DNA of 64,000 nt. Source: Candidatus Daviesbacteria bacterium. Its GTDB lineage: Bacteria > Patescibacteriota > Microgenomatia > Daviesbacterales > UBA10151. Positions 8,214 through 17,572 of the stretch are shown one piece after another. The translations under genes were made by a program, and so were the position numbers. The notes under the pieces are model-generated. The model saw only the letters and a list, made by a program, of their open reading frames with translations, had not been told where the DNA came from and did not search any database. Within the stretch, counting starts at the first letter, position 1; every line of letters begins with the position of its first letter. The stretch is from assembly GCA_028687915.1 (NCBI GenBank), contig JAQTZF010000001.1, positions 354,634 to 418,633 on the forward strand. The letters run 5' to 3'.

Positions 8214-9014
8214 ATGGAGAAAAAGATGTTATCAGAAACAACAAGATATATTACTCATGGTGATACGGGGCTACCAATAAGAACTCCGCCGTATTTAAGA
8301 AAAGAACTAAAACGCGGATCTGAAATAGGCGACCTACAAAGAGGGATGATGGAAACAAGTCCTGTTATAGGTCAAAGAGGTCAGAGGGATTGCTTGCCAA
8401 ATAATATTTTAGAAAACATTCGTTTAAGAAAAATAGCTCGGTCTGTATCCAAGAGACTAGTGGCAATCGCAGAGGAGAAAGGAATTGGTCGGTATTGCAC
8501 TGTTGTTCATGGTTCGCTTGCCAGAGGGTTAGTTCGCCATACAGAGAGCTGTGATCCTAGTGATATCGATATTGACCTAGTAATCGGAAGTAAAAGGGAT
8601 TGTCAAAATTTGAGAAGCCAAGTTCGAGAGCAGATGTATGATTTAAGCGATCACTTTGGAGTAAGAATTGATTCTTACGTATGGAATATCGAAGAAATGA
8701 GAAGAAACAAAGGAGAATACGCCCGACTATATTTAGGTGCTGGTGCTTATTCAATTACTTGTAAGGGTAAGATATGGGAGGAGATTCAAGAGGTGGGTAT
8801 AGAAAGTCAAAAATTTATTAATTTAGATAAAAATACAAAAAGTCAATTATTTAAACGTCTTAATTATATTTTAACCAATAATATTACTGAAGCATTAACA
8901 GGATTTAAAAGTGGCAGAATGCAATCTGTGGTGTGTTCCTATTTTGGTGAGACGCTAGAACCATGGGAAATAATATTAAAAGCACAAGCTTTAAAAAGAC
9001 TAATTATGTCTTAA
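8214..9014 (+). CDS. Pol-beta-superfamily nucleotidyltransferase, ANT/Lnu-like (antibiotic nucleotidyltransferase-like fold); function unknown
   Basis: 'VVHGSLARGLVRHTESCDPSDIDIDLVIG' matches hG[GS]x9-13Dh[DE]h, very like the 'GS...G.....SDIE' of Lnu/ANT(4')/ANT(9). A third acidic residue candidate is in 'VRIDSYVW'. 266 aa. Confidence 0.65.
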   Translation: MEKKMLSETTRYITHGDTGLPIRTPPYLRKELKRGSEIGDLQRGMMETSPVIGQRGQRDCLPNNILENIRLRKIARSVSKRLVAIAEEKGIGRYCTVVHGSLARGLVRHTESCDPSDIDIDLVIGSKRDCQNLRSQVREQMYDLSDHFGVRIDSYVWNIEEMRRNKGEYARLYLGAGAYSITCKGKIWEEIQEVGIESQKFINLDKNTKSQLFKRLNYILTNNITEALTGFKSGRMQSVVCSYFGETLEPWEIILKAQALKRLIMS

Positions 9015-9090
9015 ATCAAAATACAAAGGAGGTGGTAACTATTTGATTGATATTGTTAATGTAGCCTCAAACTGATATGATCTATCGAGT

Positions 9091-10410
9091 ATGTCAAGAA
9101 CATTAATTATTGATTGTAATAACAAAGTTGGTGAAAAAGTTACCATTTGTGGGTTTGTACAAACCCGACGTGACCATGGGAAAATTGTTTTTTTAGATAT
9201 TTTGGATAGATCCGGATTAATTCAGGTAGTGGCTATGGGAGATATGGCATTAGGCTTAAATTCTCAGGATGTAGTTTGTATAGAAGGAACTGTTAGTAAC
9301 CGTCCCGAACATATGATAAATAAAAATTTATCAACAGGAGAAATAGAATTCCAGGCAGAAAAAATAGAGATTCTTTCAAAAGCAGAAGACTTGCCTTTTG
9401 ATATGGGTGTTAAAGACTTAGATTTACAACTCCCAACACTTTTAGATTTTAGGTCTTTGACCTTAAGGTTTCCTAAAGTTAAAGATATTTTTAGAGTACA
9501 AGCAGCTCTTTTAGATGGTTTTAGAAATGCTGCAAAAAAATTAGATTGTGTAGAAATTATTGTTCCAACTATATCCGCTGGTTCAACAGAAGGTGGAGCA
9601 GAAGTTTTTAAAGTTGATTATTATGGACATAAAGGATTTTTAACTCAAAGTCCTCAGCTTTATAAACAGATGATGGTGCCGGTTTATGAACGTGTTTTTA
9701 CCATTGCCAAAGCCTATCGGGCAGAGCCTTCTGTGACTACTTACCACTTATCTGAATCAACACAAATGGATTGCGAATTTGGCTTTGTTAAATTTGAAGA
9801 TCTGCTAAATTATCTGGAAACTGTGGCAGTTGAAATGATAAATGAATCTGCAAAAAATTGCGAAAGTATCTTAAAAGAATTTGATGTTCCAATGCCAAAA
9901 TTTGGGAAAATTCCTCGTTTAACTTTAAGAGAAGCCCAGGAAGTTATTTATAAAGAAACAGGAAGGGACGTTCGTCAGGAAAAAGATCTGGCACGCCAAG
10001 ATGAGGTTGATATTTGTGTTTGGGCTTTAAAAGAACATGGAAGTGATTTAGTGACAATTACACATTTCCCAACAAAGAAACGTGCTTTTTACACAAAGCC
10101 AGATCCAGCTAATCCAGAGTTTAGTTTAAGTTATGATATTTTATTTCGTGGTTTAGAAATTTGTAGTGGTTCGCAAAGGATAAATGATTGTCAGGAGCTT
10201 AAAGATGCAATTATCGAAAGAGGGATGGATCCAAAAAACTTTGAGCTTTATCTACAAGCATTTAAATACGGAATGCCTCCTGAAGGAGGGTTCTCGTTTG
10301 GGTTGGAAAGAATAACAATGCATTTATTAAATCTTGCAAATGTTCGTGAAGCTTCTTTATTCCCAAGAGATATGGAAAGAGTTGATGTAAGATTATCAAC
10401 TTTAAAATGA
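9091..10410 (+). CDS. Class IIb aminoacyl-tRNA synthetase, aspartyl-tRNA synthetase type 2 (archaeal-like; AsnRS not excluded)
   Basis: N-terminal OB anticodon-binding domain. Class II motifs include motif 3 'GGFSFGLERITMHLL' and 'FPRD'. 439 aa. Confidence 0.75.
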   Translation: MSRTLIIDCNNKVGEKVTICGFVQTRRDHGKIVFLDILDRSGLIQVVAMGDMALGLNSQDVVCIEGTVSNRPEHMINKNLSTGEIEFQAEKIEILSKAEDLPFDMGVKDLDLQLPTLLDFRSLTLRFPKVKDIFRVQAALLDGFRNAAKKLDCVEIIVPTISAGSTEGGAEVFKVDYYGHKGFLTQSPQLYKQMMVPVYERVFTIAKAYRAEPSVTTYHLSESTQMDCEFGFVKFEDLLNYLETVAVEMINESAKNCESILKEFDVPMPKFGKIPRLTLREAQEVIYKETGRDVRQEKDLARQDEVDICVWALKEHGSDLVTITHFPTKKRAFYTKPDPANPEFSLSYDILFRGLEICSGSQRINDCQELKDAIIERGMDPKNFELYLQAFKYGMPPEGGFSFGLERITMHLLNLANVREASLFPRDMERVDVRLSTLK

Positions 10411-11333
10411 TGTCTTTCTTTTATAGCCTGCTTATTATTTTTGCTTCAGTAAATATACTTTTGGTGTCCCCTAAAGCTGTGAATATGGCAGAAAAATTGG
10501 TTGAAACTCAAAGTATACCCACAAATAATATTGTGGAAGGTGGCTCAAAAGTAAAAGGTACCAGTGCTATTATTCCAAGATTAAAAGAAAACTTTACTAG
10601 TGTGCCTTATGTTAGTGCAACGGCACTTGTTGTAAAAGATACTTCTTCTAAAACATTATTGTATGTAAAAGATCCTGATAAAAGAGTTCCTATTGCTTCT
10701 ACCACTAAGATTATGACGGCCTTAGTGGCCAGTGAATATTTTAAGCCGGCAGACGTGTTGACAGTAAAAACAACATCATTAGTTGGAGGTTCATCAATGG
10801 GTTTAAAACTAGGGGAAGAAATGACATTTAGAAGTTTGTTATATGGTATGCTTTTAAACTCAGGTAATGATGCAGCTTTTACCATTGCGGATAATTATCC
10901 TGGTGGAAAAGATAATTTCATTTTGGCAATGAATGAAAAAGCTAAGAGTTTGGGTCTAATTAACACTCATTTTGAAAATCCAGCTGGTTTTGATGGAGGA
11001 ACTCATTATTCGTCTGCTAATGATTTGGCGGTAATTGCTGAAGCCGCAATTACAAATTCTCAATTTTCCAGAATTGTTTCTACAAAAGATACAGTAGTTT
11101 TTTCAATAGATAAACAATCAGAACACTCTTTAAAAAACTTAAATAAATTGTTAAGTTTACCAGGATTTTTAGGAATTAAAACTGGAACTACTCCTATAGC
11201 CAAGGAAAATTTAGTTGCTTTAGTTGAAAGAAATGGTAGGAAGATATTAACTGTTGTTTTGGGTAGTGATGATCGTTTCACTGAAACTGAAAAAATTATT
11301 GACTGGTCTTACAGTAACTTTATTTGGGAATAA
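10407..11333 (+). CDS. D-alanyl-D-alanine carboxypeptidase (S11 penicillin-binding protein)
   Basis: SxxK 'ASTTK', SxN 'SGND' and KTG 'KTGTT' motifs. N-terminal signal/TM. Confidence 0.8.
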   Translation: MMSFFYSLLIIFASVNILLVSPKAVNMAEKLVETQSIPTNNIVEGGSKVKGTSAIIPRLKENFTSVPYVSATALVVKDTSSKTLLYVKDPDKRVPIASTTKIMTALVASEYFKPADVLTVKTTSLVGGSSMGLKLGEEMTFRSLLYGMLLNSGNDAAFTIADNYPGGKDNFILAMNEKAKSLGLINTHFENPAGFDGGTHYSSANDLAVIAEAAITNSQFSRIVSTKDTVVFSIDKQSEHSLKNLNKLLSLPGFLGIKTGTTPIAKENLVALVERNGRKILTVVLGSDDRFTETEKIIDWSYSNFIWE

Positions 11334-11336
11334 ATC

Positions 11337-12338
11337 TTAATCTATCTTTATAGCAGGTACGAGTGCTGTAAAGAGCGGACCTTCAAAAACATAAACTGGT
11401 TGAAGATATGGTGTGTATTCTTCTGATTCAAAATATGCTAAATATGCTTTGATGATAGAAACCTTTGCATTAGTAGGTACTTGCGTAATGTAACCCTGAC
11501 CTAATTTTAATTCTTCAAAAGCATTTTCAATTGGCTGTAAAGGATAGGTGGCAAAAGTTGTTTTATCGATTTGCCAATAAGTATAATTTACTTCAGTGAA
11601 TCGGTTAGATTCATTATTAGGATTAGAAGTGGTTGCATTAACTAAACTAGCAGACGTTGAAGATGTTACTATCGGGACACCGTCAAAATCTGCAGGCCAA
11701 AGAGAAACAAGCGCGGAGTTGGAATTATTTGGTATGTTTTTATTGTATGCAACCTTACTCCTTCCGGTATTTAAATCATCGTTTGATACTCCATTCATTT
11801 TGAGTAAATCTTTAAAGGCGTTAACTAATTGATCTGGATTAATAAAAGTTGTATCTATTTTTGCAGAAGCGGTAGCAACTTGCTTCTGAAAATTAAAATT
11901 TCCGCTAATTAAATCAATAATAAACTTGCCATTTGAATCATCTTTATATTGATAAGTAGTGGGATTTAATACTTCTCGTGACCCATTAAAACCAAATTTA
12001 CCGGCTAACTTTTGAGATTCATCAGGTGCAAGTAGGGAAACAATATTTGCTCTTGGAATAAAATAAACTTTAATAATTTTGGGCATCTGTAAAAAACTAC
12101 CAGTTTCTGTATCCAGGGAGTATGAGTAATTTGATGAAGAAACGATGGATTTTGGAAAAACAATTTTTGGCAAGGTTCCAAATTTTAGATTTGGTTTTTC
12201 TTCAACAATTGGTAGAGTGGATTGGTAATAGTTATACCAGACACGATAACCAATTGCAGTAACAGTGCCTAAAATAAGTAATGCAGTAAAGGTTAATACA
12301 CCTCGCTTGGTAATAATTGCAACTTGAGTTAATGTCAT
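11337..12338 (-). CDS. Hypothetical membrane-anchored secreted protein, 333 aa
   Basis: One N-terminal TM helix followed by a Ser/Thr/Asn-rich extracellular region. No motif recognised. Confidence 0.5.
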   Translation of the reverse strand: MTLTQVAIITKRGVLTFTALLILGTVTAIGYRVWYNYYQSTLPIVEEKPNLKFGTLPKIVFPKSIVSSSNYSYSLDTETGSFLQMPKIIKVYFIPRANIVSLLAPDESQKLAGKFGFNGSREVLNPTTYQYKDDSNGKFIIDLISGNFNFQKQVATASAKIDTTFINPDQLVNAFKDLLKMNGVSNDDLNTGRSKVAYNKNIPNNSNSALVSLWPADFDGVPIVTSSTSASLVNATTSNPNNESNRFTEVNYTYWQIDKTTFATYPLQPIENAFEELKLGQGYITQVPTNAKVSIIKAYLAYFESEEYTPYLQPVYVFEGPLFTALVPAIKID

Positions 12339-12441
12339 GGCAGTAAGTTCATTATACAGGAATTAAGAGTAGACTGGTATAAGCGGAGCTTGAAAACTCA
12401 TTATATAGCGAAGCTTTCAAACTTCGTTTATAATATCAGTT

Positions 12442-13902
12442 ATGGAAGTACGTACAAGAATAGCACCATCGCCAACAGGTTATGCCCACTTGGGTACGAT
12501 TTATCAGGCAATGTTTGATTTTTGTTTAGCTAAGAAGGCTAAAGGGAAATTTATAGTCAGGATTGAAGATACAGATAGAGCAAGATTTGTTGAAGGAGCG
12601 GAAGAAGTTGTGTTTAGTGCTTTAGAATGGTTTGGTCTGACCCCGGATGAAGATCCAATAAAAGGTGGGCCTTTTGCTCCTTATAGACAATCTGAAAGAT
12701 TGGATATTTATCGAAAATATGTAAACCTGTTACTGGAAAAAGGCCATGCTTATCATTGTTTTTGTACGAAAGAGAGATTAGCAGAACTAAGGATTTCACA
12801 AGAAAAAGATAAACTCCCTCCTATGTATGATAAATGTTGTTTGGGGCTTAGTGCAGATCAAATAAAAGAAAATTTAGACAATAACATGCCCTATGTAATT
12901 AGAATGAAGATTCCAAAATCAGAAGTTATAAAAGTACACGATTCATTAGTGGGAGATATTGAATTTGACAGTAATCTTATTGATGACCAGGTGCTTTTAA
13001 AAGCTGATGGATTTCCTACATATCATTTAGCTGTTGTTGTAGATGATTATTTAATGAAGATAACAAATATAATCCGGGGTAAAGAATGGCTCCCTTCTAC
13101 ACCAAAGCATATTTTGCTTTACCGGTTTTTTGGATGGGAGGATTCTATACCAAAGTACACACACTTACCGGTTATTTTAAATGCTGATGGAAAAGGTAAG
13201 TTATCAAAAAGAGATGGACATGCATCTGTTGACTTCTATAAAAAAGAAGGTTTTTTGCCTGAGGCAATCTTAAATTATTTATCAAATATTGTTTGGAATC
13301 ATCCTGATGGTAAAGAAATTTATGATTTAAAGGAGCTGGAAAAGGCAATTGATATTAACAGTCCAAAGATCATTAATATTACTTCACAAGCTCCACGTTT
13401 TGATTTAAAAAAATTAGAATGGATGAATGGGGAATATATTAGAAAAATGAGTGATGAAGATTTAACTAAAAGATTAGAAGACTTTTTAGTAGATCATCCT
13501 GCTCCTGAAATAATAGCTCCTTTAGTACCTCTTGTTAAAGAAAGAATAAAGAAATTATCAGATTTTATTCTCTTAACTAATTTTATTACTGAAGCACCAG
13601 AATATGATATGGAAGTTTTTAAAAGAATTAAGGTTGAAAACCAAAAAGACGTTTTACAAAACATCTATGAAGAATTACAAAAAATGGAAAAGCCATGGAA
13701 GTCTGAAGTGTTTGAAAAAACATTTAAAGATTTAGCACAAAAACTGGATATAAAGGCAGGGGATATGTTTCAACTTATTAGAGTTGCTGTTTCTGGTCAA
13801 TTAGTGACACCTCCTTTGTTTGAAAGTATACAAATTTTAGGTGAAGAGGAAACAATAAAAAGAGTTGCAAGCGTTGTACAAAAGTATCCACTTTTTGATT
13901 AG
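12442..13902 (+). CDS. gltX: Glutamyl-tRNA synthetase
   Basis: 'RIAPSPTGYAHLG' (HIGH-type) and 'KLSKR' (KMSKS) motifs. Confidence 0.85.
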   Translation: MEVRTRIAPSPTGYAHLGTIYQAMFDFCLAKKAKGKFIVRIEDTDRARFVEGAEEVVFSALEWFGLTPDEDPIKGGPFAPYRQSERLDIYRKYVNLLLEKGHAYHCFCTKERLAELRISQEKDKLPPMYDKCCLGLSADQIKENLDNNMPYVIRMKIPKSEVIKVHDSLVGDIEFDSNLIDDQVLLKADGFPTYHLAVVVDDYLMKITNIIRGKEWLPSTPKHILLYRFFGWEDSIPKYTHLPVILNADGKGKLSKRDGHASVDFYKKEGFLPEAILNYLSNIVWNHPDGKEIYDLKELEKAIDINSPKIINITSQAPRFDLKKLEWMNGEYIRKMSDEDLTKRLEDFLVDHPAPEIIAPLVPLVKERIKKLSDFILLTNFITEAPEYDMEVFKRIKVENQKDVLQNIYEELQKMEKPWKSEVFEKTFKDLAQKLDIKAGDMFQLIRVAVSGQLVTPPLFESIQILGEEETIKRVASVVQKYPLFD

Positions 13903-13929
13903 TCGTGCGTAAATTGATATAATTAACAA

Positions 13930-15186
13930 ATGGCACAATATATTATTGAAGGCGGAAATAAACTTAAAGGTAGGGTTAAAATTTCTGGTAATAAAAATGA
14001 GGTTTTGCCTTGTTTAGCTGCATGTTTATTAACAGAAGAAGAAGTAATTTTAAAGAATGTTCCTCAGACTGCAGATGTTGAATCATCTTTGGCAATATTT
14101 CAGGATCTTGGTGTAGGGATTTCTAAAGAAGATGGCATAGTTAGAATAAACTGTCAAAAGATTAATAAAACAGTTTTAAAAACTGATTTAGCAAATAAGC
14201 TAAGAGCTTCTATTTTGTTTGTTGGTCCTCTTTTGGCAAGATTTGGTAAAGTGGAATTTCCTCATCCAGGTGGTTGTGTAATTGGTAGAAGAAGTATTGA
14301 TACCCACTTAGATGGTTTTAAACACTTAGGTTTTAAATTTAATATACAGGATGTTAATAAAGGGAGTAGGAATGGAGCAGATTTTAAAGATCAAGAAATA
14401 TTTTTAGATGAACCATCTGTTACAGCAACAGAAAATATGATTTTAACATCTACACTTCTTCCAGCTGTCACTACTGTGAAAAATTGTGCTGTTGAACCTC
14501 ATGTTGTAGGACTATGTAAAATGTTAAAAAAGATGGGTGCTGAAATAGATGGGATAGGAACACAAACAATAAAAATTAGTGGTGGTAAAAAACTTTCAGG
14601 ATGTGAATACACAATTGGATTAGATAATGTTGAATTCGGAACATATGCAATAGCAGCAGCAGTTACTAATGGAGAAATTGAAATTGAAGGAGATGATCTT
14701 GATGGATTGGAGCCAATTATTAGACCATTTGAGAAAATGGGAGTTAAATTTGAAAAAACAGATTCTGGGATTAAGGTTTCTGCTGGTTCTTTAAAGGCTG
14801 TTCCACAGATACGGGTGAATGTGTGGCCTGGCTTTCCAACAGATATGATGAGTGCTGCCATAGTCCTGGCAACTCAATCTAAAGGAGTAACACTTTGTCA
14901 TGATTGGATGTATGAATCAAGAATGTTTTTTGTAGATAAGTTAATTACAATGGGAGCCAATATAACTTTAGCAGATCCACATCGAGTTATAGTTTCAGGA
15001 TGCAGCAAGTTAAGAGGTAAGAATTTGGATACACCAGATCTTCGAGCAGGAATGGCTCTGGTATTGGCAGCTTTAAGCGCAAAAGGCACAAGTGTGATTA
15101 ATAAAGCAGAACTCATTGAACGTGGTTATGAAGATGTGGTTTATAAACTAACTGAACTCGGAGCTTCTATAAAAAGGGTAGAATAA
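13930..15186 (+). CDS. murA: UDP-N-acetylglucosamine 1-carboxyvinyltransferase
   Basis: EPSP-synthase fold with a MurA-type N-terminus 'ISGNKNEVLP' and the active-site Cys loop 'PHPGGCVIGRRSIDTH'. Confidence 0.85.
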   Translation: MAQYIIEGGNKLKGRVKISGNKNEVLPCLAACLLTEEEVILKNVPQTADVESSLAIFQDLGVGISKEDGIVRINCQKINKTVLKTDLANKLRASILFVGPLLARFGKVEFPHPGGCVIGRRSIDTHLDGFKHLGFKFNIQDVNKGSRNGADFKDQEIFLDEPSVTATENMILTSTLLPAVTTVKNCAVEPHVVGLCKMLKKMGAEIDGIGTQTIKISGGKKLSGCEYTIGLDNVEFGTYAIAAAVTNGEIEIEGDDLDGLEPIIRPFEKMGVKFEKTDSGIKVSAGSLKAVPQIRVNVWPGFPTDMMSAAIVLATQSKGVTLCHDWMYESRMFFVDKLITMGANITLADPHRVIVSGCSKLRGKNLDTPDLRAGMALVLAALSAKGTSVINKAELIERGYEDVVYKLTELGASIKRVE

Positions 15187-15525
15187 TTAACCCAATTTAC
15201 TTACAAACCAATTTAAAAGGGAAAGAACAATTCCAAAAAGAAATGCTGACCAGAAACTATCAATTCTAAATCCTGGCACAATGAGTGTTGCCAGCATAAT
15301 TAATACAGCGTTAATAATTAAAGTAAAAAGTCCTAAGCTTAAAATATTAATGGGTAGAGTAAGTAATAAAAGTATTGGTTTTAAGATAGCGTTAATAATT
15401 CCTAAAACAACTGCAATTATTAAGGCAGTGTAAAAGTTATCAACATGAACACCTTTGTCCTGGAAAAGATAAGCAGCCATAAAGATAACAAAACCGCTAA
15501 TGAGCCAATTCAGGATTATCTTCAT
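15187..15525 (-). CDS. DUF360 / phage-holin-4-like small membrane protein
   Basis: 112 aa, 3-4 TM segments, overall shape of 'phage holin family protein' entries. Confidence 0.55.
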   Translation of the reverse strand: MKIILNWLISGFVIFMAAYLFQDKGVHVDNFYTALIIAVVLGIINAILKPILLLLTLPINILSLGLFTLIINAVLIMLATLIVPGFRIDSFWSAFLFGIVLSLLNWFVSKLG

Positions 15526-15574
15526 ATATAAATGATAAACAAAAAAGGGTTAAAAAACAACTACTTTTGAAGTG

Positions 15575-15841
15575 TTATTTTAAGGATAGAGCAAGAAGTT
15601 TATCTTCTGCAGTTTTTTCTAGACGCTTTTGTCTTGCCATTTCCTGTTCGTTTTTAAGCTCAATTCTTTTAGATGTTCTTTTATCAATTTCATCCTGACA
15701 AACTTTGTTTGAACAACGGTATGTATTTTGGGTCATGGGAGCAAAGCTGCGTTCTGATTTTAACGTAGTGGTTTTTTGCAAGACTAAATCTTCCCCACAC
15801 TGATTGCATTTACGAACGATATCTGAAGATGAATTATTCAA
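15575..15841 (-). CDS. Zinc-ribbon small protein (CxxC...CxxxC), hypothetical
   Basis: 'CNQCGEDL' ... 'CSNKVCQDE', with a C-terminal basic coiled region. Confidence 0.45.
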   Translation of the reverse strand: MNNSSSDIVRKCNQCGEDLVLQKTTTLKSERSFAPMTQNTYRCSNKVCQDEIDKRTSKRIELKNEQEMARQKRLEKTAEDKLLALSLK

Positions 15842-15872
15842 CGTTTTGGTAGTATATCACATTTAGGCACTT

Positions 15873-16040
15873 TTAGCCAGAGGAAAGTTTATATCCAATA
15901 AATATGCCGATTATTGCGCCAATGCCACTAGTTAATACGCTTATATAAGAAATCATATCACCTCCAAAAAGAACTGGTAAATAACCTCCTAAGCTTGAAC
16001 CAATAAACATACCTAAAAAAATAAGGAACTTTGAGTTCAT
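15873..16040 (-). CDS. Small hydrophobic membrane protein, 55 aa (MNSKFLIFLGMFIGSSLGGYLPVLFGGDMISYISVLTSGIGAIIGIFIGYKLSSG); not in the ORF track
   Basis: ATG at 16040 (minus) to TAA at 15873. Two predicted TM helices. Fills an otherwise empty 230-bp gap. Confidence 0.35.
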   Translation of the reverse strand: MNSKFLIFLGMFIGSSLGGYLPVLFGGDMISYISVLTSGIGAIIGIFIGYKLSSG

Positions 16041-16072
16041 AATTATTTTTTACTCTTTATATTACAGAATTA

Positions 16073-17572
16073 TTGTATCACAGAAAAATGTTAAGATTAT
16101 TTATGATCAAATTTATCAAACAGATACTTAAAAAGCACTATCTTTTCATTATTATTTTTCTGATTGCGCTTATCTTACGGCTTTATCGTATTGATTATTT
16201 AACTACATTTGGAAGAGATCAAGGTATAGATTATTTATCTATTAAAGATATGATTATAAATCACAAGCTAACTTTAATCGGCATTAAGGTAAGTTTGGCA
16301 GACTTTTTTCAGGGTCCTGTATATCTTTATTTATTAGCACCTTTATTTTATGTAATGAAACTTAATCCTTTAGCTGGAGCATACACAGCAGTAATTATTT
16401 CATTATTTACTATTTTGATTCTTTATTATGTAGTTTTTAAAATGTTTAATGTTAGAGCAGCTAATTTAGCAACGTCTTTTTTTGCTGTATCACCTCAGTT
16501 AGTTGCTTTTGGAAATACACCTCTTTATCAAAATTTTACTCCTTTATTTATTCTGTTGGGAGTCTGGTGCTTATATCAGGCTTTATTGGTAAATAAAGAA
16601 AGTAGTCACAAGAGATATTTTTTTATATTTTTAACAGGAATTTTTATTGGAATTGGTTTAGAGCTACATTTTTTAATTATTACTTTAGCCTTGGCAGTAT
16701 TAATATATATTATGGGTACTGGAAGTTTTATTAAAAGTATAATCTTTTATCTATTTGGATTATTAATTTCACTTAGTCCAACAATTTTATTTGAATTAAA
16801 ACATGACTTTTTAAATATTCATCTTCTGATTAATTATTTTAATAATAGTAAACAAATTTCTTTACCATTTTTATCTGTATGGGGAGAGAGGTTAAATTAT
16901 TTTGCTATTCATGATTATAACTATCTAATTATTGCGCCAGTATTATTATTTATCTTATCTTTAGTAAAAAATAATCAATTTTCTGTTAACTCCAATTTTT
17001 TAAAAAAGCTATCCTTAATTACATTTTTTATAATTTTTATATTTGCTATTAGTTTAAGTAGTTTTGGAACACATTATTTATTACCTTTATTGATGTTGTT
17101 GTTAATTATTATTTCTGTATATTTATCTTCATTGAGACCGAGTAAGTTTATAAATATTACTTGCTTTATTTTTCTGGGTCTAAATCTTCTAATTACATTA
17201 TCACAACTTAATAATAATCATGGATACTTTATGCCAGATGGATGGAGTCTTAAAAAGATAGATCAGGTTTCACGCATTATTATTGAGAGTGCTTCTATTC
17301 ATCCTAATTATAATGTGGCTTCATTACTTGACGGGGACACAAGAACTTATCCTTTGCGCTTTGTTCTTTCTCTAAAAGGTAATGCTCCACAAGACTATAC
17401 ATCATATCCCCAAAATGATTATTTATATGTTGTAGATAGAGATGATATAAATAAAGTTATAAATTCCAATGTTTGGGAAATAAATTCAATGAAGCCTTTT
17501 AATATAGAACAAGCTTGGCAGATGGATGATGGTATTAGTCTTTATCTTTTAGCTAGAGTTAAGAATATCTAA
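16073..17572 (+). CDS. GT-C-fold glycosyltransferase-like polytopic membrane protein (ArnT/PMT-like)
   Basis: About 12 TM segments plus a C-terminal soluble domain. The N-terminal loop 'RIDYLTTFGRDQGIDY' resembles GT39/GT83 family loops. Confidence 0.5.
   Translation: MYHRKMLRLFMIKFIKQILKKHYLFIIIFLIALILRLYRIDYLTTFGRDQGIDYLSIKDMIINHKLTLIGIKVSLADFFQGPVYLYLLAPLFYVMKLNPLAGAYTAVIISLFTILILYYVVFKMFNVRAANLATSFFAVSPQLVAFGNTPLYQNFTPLFILLGVWCLYQALLVNKESSHKRYFFIFLTGIFIGIGLELHFLIITLALAVLIYIMGTGSFIKSIIFYLFGLLISLSPTILFELKHDFLNIHLLINYFNNSKQISLPFLSVWGERLNYFAIHDYNYLIIAPVLLFILSLVKNNQFSVNSNFLKKLSLITFFIIFIFAISLSSFGTHYLLPLLMLLLIIISVYLSSLRPSKFINITCFIFLGLNLLITLSQLNNNHGYFMPDGWSLKKIDQVSRIIIESASIHPNYNVASLLDGDTRTYPLRFVLSLKGNAPQDYTSYPQNDYLYVVDRDDINKVINSNVWEINSMKPFNIEQAWQMDDGISLYLLARVKNI

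Noticed and set aside
8214-9014. NTase as a CBASS CD-NTase cyclase or an MNT antitoxin
   Set aside because: It is too short for a CD-NTase, and no effector/Cap genes are adjacent. It is too long for a minimal MNT, and no HEPN partner with an Rx4-6H motif was found. ANT/Lnu-like is the best fit.
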